From: Actinomycetota bacterium
Lineage (GTDB): Bacteria > Actinomycetota > UBA4738 > CALAEC01
Direction of reading: 5' to 3'
Length of the DNA: 64,000 bases
NCBI GenBank assembly: GCA_036000545.1
Contig: DASYVD010000098.1
Coordinates: 3,126 to 67,125, forward strand
The notes under the pieces were generated by a model. It searched no databases, had not been told where the DNA came from, and saw only the letters and a list, made by a program, of their open reading frames with translations. Within the stretch, counting starts at the first letter, position 1, and each line of letters starts with the position of its first letter. Position numbers and translations under genes: made by a program. Positions 39,199 through 48,654 of the stretch are shown here, piece by piece.

Positions 39199-42100
39199 TC
39201 AAGCCGGACCCGGGGTGGCGGCGAGGGCCGCGAGGCTTTCCCGAGCCCGCTCCGCCGAGACTATGTTGCCTTTCTCCTCGTAGAGGCGGATCGCCTCCTC
39301 CAGAAAGCCAGCCACGTCTCTCGGCCGGGCTGCCAGCAGCAGGACCTCGGCCAGATCGATGTACGCATCACCCCGCATGTTGAGGGCGTCCGTCTCGTTC
39401 GCCAGCTGCACTGCCCGGCGGGCCTGGCTCTCAGCCTGATCTAGATCCCCCTTCCGCGCATCGACCTTGGCCCGGATTCCTAGCAGCATGACCTGGGAAG
39501 CCGCGTCGTCGCTGGCGCCAGCTTCCTCGCTGATCCGGGCGAGCCGCTCGGCCTCATCCAGACGCCCTTGCGCCACAACCGCCTGGCCGAGTTCCGCGGC
39601 CATCGTCGAGAGGAACCCCCGTTCTCCGAGCCGCTCGAGTTCCTCGTAACCTCGCCGGAGGGCCTGTTCGGCAGCGGTGTGGTCCCCAGCCAGCCTCTCA
39701 AGGCTCCCGAGGGCCTCGTCGGCGCCCGATGACCACAGCCCCAGCCCAAGGTCCTCGAAGATGGCTCTGGCCTGCTCGATCCGCTCTCGGGACCCCATGA
39801 ACCGACCCAGCATGGCCTGGAACTGAGCCTCCGCCATCAGGACGCTGGCTTCGACCCGGCGGTCCCCAGACGCACGCTGGCGGATGTCCTTGCACCGCCG
39901 TAGGCCTTCCTCCGCGTGCGTTGGTCCGAGGAGCACAGCGGCGGCCAGGCGCGCCAGGGCGGACATCTCGCGTCCCCGGTCGCCGGCAACGCCGGCGCTC
40001 CGCACGACGCGCTCAAGCCCCCGCTCGGCTGCCCTATAACGGCAGGCCATCCAGTCGACTTCCACGAGCAAGTCGGTGGCCTGCGCAAGGCCCCTTTCGT
40101 CGCCCGCCTGCCCGAGGATCGGGAAGATGCCCTCCACACCTCGCTGGATCGCCGCGGTCTGGCCTTCGGGCTTGGTGTGGAGCAGGAGCCACAGGCGCGA
40201 CAGTCGGGCCCGCGCGGCGGCCCGCCGGTCCCCTGCGGCCTCTGCCCCTCTGTACGCGGCGTCGAGCATCTCCTCCGCCCGCGCCAGATCGCCGCGGTCG
40301 AGAAGGGCCTGTCCGAAGTCGGCGACGACCGAGGCCCGCGCGGGATGGTCCTCGGGCAGGAGTTCGACAGCCCTGAGCAAGAGGCTCGTGGCCGCGGCCA
40401 GGTCGCTGCGGGCGAACGCTCGCCGTCCGGACGAGGCCAGTCTCTCCGCGGCCCGCACCGCGATCCCCCGGGCGTGCTCATCGACCGGCCCCAGTTCGGA
40501 GCGGTAGCGATAGGCCTGTTCCAGGTGGTGGCCGATGATTTCCTCGAACTCGGGCATCCGGTCCCCGACCCTCGCCTCCACCCATGCGGCCAGCCGCTCA
40601 TGCAGGTCGGCGCGCATCTCCTTCGGGATCGCCTGATATGCGGCGTCACGGATGAGGATGTGTCGAAAGCGGAATGCGTCTTCGCCGCTGAAGGGGGACA
40701 CGTCGGGAATCATCAGCTCCTTGCGGACCAGGGATTGGAGCTGCCGGCCAACGTCGCCGCGCTCGGCCGCGGGGGTCAGCGCGGCCACAGCGCCCCAATA
40801 GAAGACCTTGCCGATGACGCTGGCGCGCTGAGCGACGGCCCGCTCCGCTTCGTCGAGCCGCTCCAGCCGGGCTGCCAGCAACGCCGAGATCGTGGGCGGG
40901 ACCTCAAATCGAGCCAGGTCGCGTGATGCCAACCAGTGGCCCCTCTCCAAGCGAAGGGATTCTTGATCAAGGAGCATCCGAACGATCTCCTCGATGAAGA
41001 AAGGGTTTCCCTCGGACGCCTCGGCGATGGCGCGGCCGGTCTGGCCATCGAGGTCCCCCCCTCCGAGAAGGTTCTGCACGAGCAGTTGGCTCTCCTCGTC
41101 GGACAGCGGAGCCAGCGTGATGGTCATGGAGTTTTTGCGACCGGCTCCCCACGCTGGGCTGATGTCGAGGAGCTCGACGCGGGCAAGGCAGAGCAGGAAG
41201 ACGGGCCCACGGGTGAAGTCGGAGAGGTACTCGACGAGGTCGAGGAACCCAGGCTGCGCCCAGTGGATGTCGTCGAACACGATCACCACCGGCCGCTCGT
41301 GGGCGGTGACCTCGATGAAGCGCCGGAACCCCCAGAACGTCTCCTCAGGCGTTCCCGAGGCGCCAGCCAGGCCGATCAGTTGTGCGACGCCTTCGGTGAT
41401 CCGCTCGGCGTGCTCAACGCCTCGAAGGTGGGCGGCGATGGCCTCCCGAGCAAGCTCGGTATCGGCTTCCGCTGGTATGTCACACGCCTGCCACACCACC
41501 TCGCGCACCGGCCAGTAGGTGATGCCCTCGCCATAGGGAAGACAGCGCCCGCCGAGAACGATCGGCCGTCCGCCCAGGCTGGTGACGGCCTCCTCGGTCA
41601 GACGCGACTTGCCGACTCCTGCGGTTCCCAGCACGGTGAACAGGTAACAGGCCCCTTCCCGAGCACTGAGCTCGAACGCCTGCTGGAGCAGGCTCAGCTC
41701 GCCGGCCCGCCCCACTATTGGCGAGGCGAGTCCCCGGGCCGCCCGGATGTCGTCCTCTCGGATCTCCAACAGCCGGTAGATAGCAACCGGCTCGCCCTTT
41801 CCCCGCAATCGCCCCACGTTGGTGGGCTCGACCGATACGGCGTCGCGGACGAGCCGGTAGGTGGCCTCCCCGACGACGATGTCGCCGGGGCTCGCCCCTT
41901 GCTCGAGTCGGGCAGCCACGTTGACCGCATCGCCGGTCACGAGGGTCTGTCCCGCCGCGAGGTCGCCCGATACCACCTCGCCAGTGTTTATTCCGGTGCG
42001 AACCTGGAGGGTCACCCCGTATGCCCTGTGGAGTTCCTCGTTCAGCGAGGCCAGCGCGGTGCGGATCTCCATGGCGGCCCGCACCGCCCGCAGGGCGTCG

Positions 42101-42405
42101 TCCTCGTGGACCGCCGGGACGCCGAACACCGCCATCACGGCATCCCCGATGAACTTCTCCACCCTGCCGCCGTGGCGCTGGAGGACTCCCGACAGGACGT
42201 CGAAGTACCGCGTCATCACTCGGCGAGTGGTTTCCGGGTCCAAGCGCTCACCGAGGCCCGTCGAGTCGATGACGTCTGCGAACACCACCGTCACGGTCTT
42301 CCGGGCCTCCCCGCCGCCTGGCCCGGCCGGAAGCGGGCTGCCGCAGGCCTGGCAGAAGCGGGAGCGATCCTCGTTCGGCTCCCCGCAAGAGGGACAAGTC
42401 TTCAC
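39199..42405 (-). CDS. Zn-ribbon + class III adenylyl/guanylyl cyclase + STAND (AAA) NTPase + TPR-repeat signalling protein
   Basis: CPSCGEPNEDRSRFCQACG. Cyclase motifs VTVVFADVIDSTGL and KFIGDAVMAVFG. Walker A is GTAGVGKSRL, Walker B is VIVFDDIHWA. The C-terminal ~600 aa are helical TPR-like repeats. Confidence 0.85.
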   Translation of the reverse strand: MKTCPSCGEPNEDRSRFCQACGSPLPAGPGGGEARKTVTVVFADVIDSTGLGERLDPETTRRVMTRYFDVLSGVLQRHGGRVEKFIGDAVMAVFGVPAVHEDDALRAVRAAMEIRTALASLNEELHRAYGVTLQVRTGINTGEVVSGDLAAGQTLVTGDAVNVAARLEQGASPGDIVVGEATYRLVRDAVSVEPTNVGRLRGKGEPVAIYRLLEIREDDIRAARGLASPIVGRAGELSLLQQAFELSAREGACYLFTVLGTAGVGKSRLTEEAVTSLGGRPIVLGGRCLPYGEGITYWPVREVVWQACDIPAEADTELAREAIAAHLRGVEHAERITEGVAQLIGLAGASGTPEETFWGFRRFIEVTAHERPVVIVFDDIHWAQPGFLDLVEYLSDFTRGPVFLLCLARVELLDISPAWGAGRKNSMTITLAPLSDEESQLLVQNLLGGGDLDGQTGRAIAEASEGNPFFIEEIVRMLLDQESLRLERGHWLASRDLARFEVPPTISALLAARLERLDEAERAVAQRASVIGKVFYWGAVAALTPAAERGDVGRQLQSLVRKELMIPDVSPFSGEDAFRFRHILIRDAAYQAIPKEMRADLHERLAAWVEARVGDRMPEFEEIIGHHLEQAYRYRSELGPVDEHARGIAVRAAERLASSGRRAFARSDLAAATSLLLRAVELLPEDHPARASVVADFGQALLDRGDLARAEEMLDAAYRGAEAAGDRRAAARARLSRLWLLLHTKPEGQTAAIQRGVEGIFPILGQAGDERGLAQATDLLVEVDWMACRYRAAERGLERVVRSAGVAGDRGREMSALARLAAAVLLGPTHAEEGLRRCKDIRQRASGDRRVEASVLMAEAQFQAMLGRFMGSRERIEQARAIFEDLGLGLWSSGADEALGSLERLAGDHTAAEQALRRGYEELERLGERGFLSTMAAELGQAVVAQGRLDEAERLARISEEAGASDDAASQVMLLGIRAKVDARKGDLDQAESQARRAVQLANETDALNMRGDAYIDLAEVLLLAARPRDVAGFLEEAIRLYEEKGNIVSAERARESLAALAATPGPA

Positions 42406-42458
42406 GTCGGCAGTCTAGGTTCTCTGGGTGCCCGGGCGAAGACCGAGTCGCGGGTGGC

Positions 42459-42464
42459 TAGAAT
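42459..42464 (+). promoter_or_regulatory. Candidate -10 hexamer TAGAAT giving leaderless purA mRNA
   Basis: TAGAAT + 6 nt (cgggcc) + GTG 42471, with no SD. Confidence 0.45.
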
Positions 42465-42470
42465 CGGGCC

Positions 42471-43751
42471 GTGCCGGCCAACATCCTCGTTGGGACGCAG
42501 TGGGGAGACGAGGGCAAGGGGAAGGCCACCGATCTCCTGGCCGACCGGACGGACTTCGTGGTTCGGTACCAGGGGGGAAGCAACGCAGGGCACACCGTCC
42601 GGGTCGGGGACGAGACCTTCAAGCTCCACCTGATCCCCTCGGGCATCCTGTTTCCGCACGTCACGCCAGTGATCGCGGACGGAGTGGTGGTGGATCCGGG
42701 GGTTCTCATCGACGAGATGGACGCTCTTGGCGAACGGGGGGTCGACTGCTCTCGACTTCTGATCTCCGCCAACGCTCACCTGGTCATGCCCTACCACCGG
42801 GAGATCGACAAGGTCACCGAGCGATACCTGGGGCGGCTCCAGCTGGGGACGACCAGGCGGGGGATCGGTCCCGCATATGCCGACAAGGCCGCCCGGATCG
42901 GCCTTCGGGTCCAGGACCTTACCGACGAAAAGATCTTCCGGAAGAAGCTCGAGGTCCCGCTCAGAGAGAAGAACGCCATCCTCAGCCGGGTCTACAATCG
43001 GCTTCCGCTCGACTTCGAGCAGATCGTGGGCGACTACAGGCGCTACGGAGAGCGGTTGGCTCCCCACGTGGCCGACACGTCAAGGACCCTGCACCAGGGG
43101 CTGCGCGAGGGGAAGCGGGTCCTGCTCGAAGGAGCCCAGGGAACGCTGCTGGACCTCGACCACGGGACGTATCCCTTCGTCACCTCATCGAACCCGGTGG
43201 CCGGCGGGGCTCTCATGGGAGCGGGCCTCGGTCCCAAGGAGGTCGACCGGGTGATCGGCGTGACCAAGGCGTACGTGACGAGAGTCGGGTCGGGGCCGTT
43301 CCCCACGGAGGATCTGGGAGACATCGGGGAGCGGCTGCGGGAGAGTGGCCAGGAGTTCGGCACCACCACGGGCCGACCGCGGAGGTGCGGGTGGTTCGAC
43401 GCCGTGCTCCTGCGCTATGCAGCGAGGATCAACGGCCTCACCGAGCTGTTCCTCACCAAACTCGACGTTCTGTCGAGGCTCGAGCGGATCAAGGTGTGCG
43501 TGGCGTACCGGGACGGGGGCGATCGGTACGAGGACTTCCCTCCACACCAGAGCATCTTCCACAGGGCCGTCCCCGTTTACGAGGAGCTGGACGGCTGGGA
43601 CGAGGACCTCGGTCGCGCGCGATCCTCCGATGACCTGCCGGGAGCGGCGCGGAAATACGTGACCCTGATCGAGGATCTCGGCGGAGTCCCTGTGAGGACG
43701 GTCTCCGTGGGACCGTCGCGGGAACAGACCGTGGTGGCGGAGTCGTCATGA
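42471..43751 (+). CDS. purA: Adenylosuccinate synthetase
   Basis: ILVGTQWGDEGKGKATDLL, YQGGSNAGHTV, TTRRGIGPAYADK, GTTTGRPRRCGW. Confidence 0.95.
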   Translation: MPANILVGTQWGDEGKGKATDLLADRTDFVVRYQGGSNAGHTVRVGDETFKLHLIPSGILFPHVTPVIADGVVVDPGVLIDEMDALGERGVDCSRLLISANAHLVMPYHREIDKVTERYLGRLQLGTTRRGIGPAYADKAARIGLRVQDLTDEKIFRKKLEVPLREKNAILSRVYNRLPLDFEQIVGDYRRYGERLAPHVADTSRTLHQGLREGKRVLLEGAQGTLLDLDHGTYPFVTSSNPVAGGALMGAGLGPKEVDRVIGVTKAYVTRVGSGPFPTEDLGDIGERLRESGQEFGTTTGRPRRCGWFDAVLLRYAARINGLTELFLTKLDVLSRLERIKVCVAYRDGGDRYEDFPPHQSIFHRAVPVYEELDGWDEDLGRARSSDDLPGAARKYVTLIEDLGGVPVRTVSVGPSREQTVVAESS

Positions 43752-45019
43752 GGATCCTCGTTGTCGGGCAGGGAGCTCGGGAGCATGCGCTCATCTGGAA
43801 GCTCTCCCAGAACCCGTCCGTTGAGCGGCTCCTGGCCGCCCCCGGAAACGCCGGGATCGAGGACGCTGCGACGTGTTTTCCGATCGCCGCCAACGACATC
43901 CTCGGGATCCTGGAGCTGGTGGAGCGGGAGGGGGTCGACCTAACGGTCGTCGGTCCGGAGGCCCCCCTCGTGGCGGGGCTGGTCGACGAACTCGAGTCGC
44001 GCGGGTACTGGGCGTTTGGGCCCTCCCGGGACGGTGCTCGCATCGAGGGCTCCAAGGTGTGGGCTCGCCGGTTGTGCGAGAAGCACGGGCTCCCGGGCCC
44101 GCGGGGCCGGTCCTTCAGCGACCCGGCCGAGGCCACCGCGCACCTGGAGGAGCTCGATCCCCCGTACGTGATCAAGGCTGACGGACTTGCCGGAGGCAAG
44201 GGGGTCACCGTCGCCGGGACCAGAGACGAGGCGCTTCGCGCTGTGAAGGAAGCGCTCGTGGACCGAGTGTTCGGTGACGCAGGCGACACGGTGCTGGTCG
44301 AGGAGTACGTCGAGGGGCGGGAGGTCTCGGCTCTGGCGCTGACCGACGGCCGGACGGTCATCCCTCTTCCCCTGGCTCAGGACTTCAAGCGGGCTTTGGA
44401 TGGGGACCTTGGCCCCAACACGGGCGGAATGGGCGCCTACTCCCCGGTCCCGTGGATCGATGGGGAAACCCACTCCCACATCGTCGAGGACGTGCTCAAG
44501 GCGGCGGTCCGGGCCCTCGAGGACGAGGGGGTCAGGTACCGAGGAGTCCTGTACGCCGGGCTCATGCTCACCGCCGATGGACCGAAGGTCCTCGAGTTCA
44601 ACTGCCGATTCGGCGACCCGGAGAGCCAGGCTGTCCTGCCACGCCTTCAGTCCGACCTCGGCGAATCCATGCTCGCTTGCGTGGAGGGGAACCTCAGTGT
44701 GTACCAGCTCCGGTGGACGCCCCAAGCGTGCGTGACCGTGGTCCTCGCCTCCGGCGGCTACCCCGGGCAGCATCCGACGGGCCTGGAGGTTCGTGGCCTG
44801 GAGGACGCGGCGGAGTTGGAGAACGTGCTGATCTTCCACGCGGGGACGGCCCGACGAGACGGTAAAGTGGTCACCGCAGGAGGGAGAGTCCTCTCGGTGA
44901 CGGCTCTGGGGAAGGATCTGGCCGAGGCCCGGTCGCGCGCGTACGAGGCCTGCTCGCGCATCTCCTTCGAGGGGATGCATTTTCGCAAGGACATCGCCAA
45001 GGAGGCGGCCGGTGGCTGA
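43748..45019 (+). CDS. purD: Phosphoribosylamine-glycine ligase
   Basis: ATGA overlap with purA. MRILVVGQGAREHALIWKL, YVIKADGLAGGKGV, FNCRFGDPE. Confidence 0.95.
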   Translation: MRILVVGQGAREHALIWKLSQNPSVERLLAAPGNAGIEDAATCFPIAANDILGILELVEREGVDLTVVGPEAPLVAGLVDELESRGYWAFGPSRDGARIEGSKVWARRLCEKHGLPGPRGRSFSDPAEATAHLEELDPPYVIKADGLAGGKGVTVAGTRDEALRAVKEALVDRVFGDAGDTVLVEEYVEGREVSALALTDGRTVIPLPLAQDFKRALDGDLGPNTGGMGAYSPVPWIDGETHSHIVEDVLKAAVRALEDEGVRYRGVLYAGLMLTADGPKVLEFNCRFGDPESQAVLPRLQSDLGESMLACVEGNLSVYQLRWTPQACVTVVLASGGYPGQHPTGLEVRGLEDAAELENVLIFHAGTARRDGKVVTAGGRVLSVTALGKDLAEARSRAYEACSRISFEGMHFRKDIAKEAAGG

Positions 45020-45485
45020 CCAGGGTCCTCTCGTGGGCATACTGGTGGGCTCGGCCTCCGACCTCCCCGTCCTCCAGCAGGCCACGGCGATCCTGGAGCG
45101 CTTCGGAATCCCCCACGAGCTGCACGTCATGTCCACGCACCGGAATCCCGACGTCGTCGACGAGTACGCGCGAACGGCCGAGGAGCGGGGGTTGGTGGCC
45201 ATCATCTGCGGGGCCGGGCGGGCCGCCCACCTGGCGGGCTCGGTGGCCGCCCGAACGGTGCTCCCCGTCATCGGTGTCCCCGTGGGGACGGACCACCTGG
45301 GAGGTGCCGACGCCCTGTACTCCACGGTTCAGATGCCAAGGGGTGTGCCTGTAGCGACTGTGGGGATCGACGCGGCGGTGAACGCGGCCCTGCTCGCCGC
45401 ACAGATCCTGGCCGTTCGCGACGCGGAGGTCCGGAAGCGCCTCCACGAGTTCAAGGAGTCCCTGGCCGAGGGCTATCGTCCGTGA
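45012..45485 (+). CDS. purE: N5-carboxyaminoimidazole ribonucleotide mutase (PurE)
   Basis: VGILVGSASDLPV...MSTHRNP...IICGAGRAAHLAGSVAARTVLPVIGVPV. No purK is adjacent. Confidence 0.9.
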   Translation: MADQGPLVGILVGSASDLPVLQQATAILERFGIPHELHVMSTHRNPDVVDEYARTAEERGLVAIICGAGRAAHLAGSVAARTVLPVIGVPVGTDHLGGADALYSTVQMPRGVPVATVGIDAAVNAALLAAQILAVRDAEVRKRLHEFKESLAEGYRP

Positions 45486-45492
45486 CCTCGAG

Positions 45493-46799
<1,307 letters not shown>

Positions 46800-46803
<4 letters not shown>

Positions 46804-47693
46804 GCGTGCTGGCCGAGCTGCACGCCCGGGGGAAGGTCCGGGACATCTACGAGGCCGGAGACGATCTGCTGATGGTGGCCAGCGACCGGATCTCCGCATT
46901 CGACGTGGTGCTTCCCACGCCCATCCCAGACAAGGGCCGAGTCCTCACCGGCCTGTCGCTGTTCTGGTTCGAGCGGAGCGCCGAAATGGTGCCCAATCAC
47001 GTGCTGACGGCGGAGGTCGATGGGTTCCCGGCGGAGCTCGGCGACGACAGTGAAGAGATCGCCGGCCGAGCGATGCTCGTGCGGCGCGCCCGGGTGGTAC
47101 CGATCGAGTGCGTGGCGCGCGGGTACCTCTCTGGCTCGGGCTGGAAGGAGTACCGGGCCACGGGACGGGTGTGCGGGATCGAGCTTCCACCGGGCCTGGC
47201 CGAGTCGGACCGCCTGTCGGAGCCGATCTTCACCCCCGCCACCAAGGCCGCGGAGGGACACGACGAGAACATCACCCTGGAGCGGGCGGCCGAGCTCGTG
47301 GGCGAGGGCCTGGCGCAGCGACTCAAGGAGCTCACCCTCACGCTGTACGAGTTCGCCGCGGCGCTGGCTCTGGAGCGCGGCATCATCGTGGCGGACACGA
47401 AGTTCGAGTTCGGGTTCGCCGGCGGCGAACTCATCTTGGTGGACGAGGTGCTCACCCCCGACTCCTCGCGGTTCTGGCCGGCCGACCGCTACGAGCCGGG
47501 CGGCCCGCAGCCGTCCTTCGACAAGCAGTACGTGCGGGACTGGCTGGACGCCTCGGGTTGGGACCATGAGCCACCGGCGCCGCAGCTGCCGCCCGAGGTC
47601 GTGGGCCAGACGGCGGTCCGGTACCGGGAGGCGTACGAGCGGATCACGGGACAGCTATTCGACGACTACCTGCGAAGGTTCGGATTGCTGTGA
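46800..47693 (+). CDS. purC: SAICAR synthetase
   Basis: ATGA overlap. GKVRDIYE...LLMVASDRISAFD...ADTKFEFG...LVDEVLTPDSSRFW. Confidence 0.95.
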
Positions 47694-47947
47694 AAACGAG
47701 ATACCAGGTGTTTGTCCAGCTGAAGGAGGGCCTCGCCGATCCTCAGGGCAAAGCTCTGGAGGACTCGCTCCCCACGCTCGGATACGAGGGAGTCTCTGCC
47801 GTTCGAGTCGGCAAGCACATCGAGCTGACCGTGGAGAACGACAATCCCGAAGCCGCACGAGCCATGGTAGAGGATCTGTCCAAGCGCGTGCTGTCGAACC
47901 CCGTGATTGAGGTGTTCTGGATCGTCCACACGGAGACTGCCGAGTGA
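47690..47947 (+). CDS. purS: FGAM synthase subunit PurS
   Basis: GTGA overlap. 85 aa: VFVQLKEGLADPQGKALEDSL..LGY..VSAVRVGKHIEL. Confidence 0.9.
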   Translation: MKTRYQVFVQLKEGLADPQGKALEDSLPTLGYEGVSAVRVGKHIELTVENDNPEAARAMVEDLSKRVLSNPVIEVFWIVHTETAE

Positions 47948-48654
47948 GCCGCAAGCCCCGCGTCGCCGTCATCACCTTTCCCGGATCGAACGACGACCGG
48001 GACGCCTTGCGCGCGATCCGTCTGATGGGAGGGGAACCGGTTCCCGTGTGGCACGGGGACCGCGAGCTGCGGGAGGCGGACGCGGTCATCCTGCCTGGAG
48101 GCTTCTCCTACGGCGACTACCTCCGAACCGGGGCCATCGCTCAGTTCGCCCCGGTGATGGATGCGGTTCGCGAGCACGCCGCCGGAGGGCGTCCGGTGCT
48201 CGGCATCTGCAACGGGTTCCAGATCCTCTGCGAGGCGGGCCTGTTGCCCGGAGCCCTCATCCGGAACCGTGGCCTGGCGTTCGTCTGCCGCCGCGTGCAC
48301 GTCCGCGTCGAGACCGCGCTCACACCGGTCACCTCCGGCCTGGTGGCCGGGGACGTTCTGGAGATCCCCATCAAACACGGGGAGGGCCAGTTCGTCGCGG
48401 AGCCCGACATCCTGGCGCGGATCGAGGACCAGGGGCTCGTCGTGTTCCGGTACTGCTCGCCGGGAGGCGATCTCCACGATGACGGCAACCCCAATGGGAG
48501 CGCGAACCACATCGCGGGAGCCCGCAACGAGCGAGGGAACGTCGTCGGGATGATGCCTCATCCCGAGCACGCCGTGGACGCCGACATCGGACCGCTCGGC
48601 GGGCAGCCCATCTTCGAGTCGCTCCTGTCCTCCCTCCTCGCCGGCGTCCGGTGA
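47944..48654 (+). CDS. purQ: FGAM synthase glutaminase subunit PurQ
   Basis: GTGA overlap. VAVITFPGSNDDRD, LPGGFSYGDYLR, GICNGFQIL, MMPHPE. Confidence 0.95.
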   Translation: MSRKPRVAVITFPGSNDDRDALRAIRLMGGEPVPVWHGDRELREADAVILPGGFSYGDYLRTGAIAQFAPVMDAVREHAAGGRPVLGICNGFQILCEAGLLPGALIRNRGLAFVCRRVHVRVETALTPVTSGLVAGDVLEIPIKHGEGQFVAEPDILARIEDQGLVVFRYCSPGGDLHDDGNPNGSANHIAGARNERGNVVGMMPHPEHAVDADIGPLGGQPIFESLLSSLLAGVR

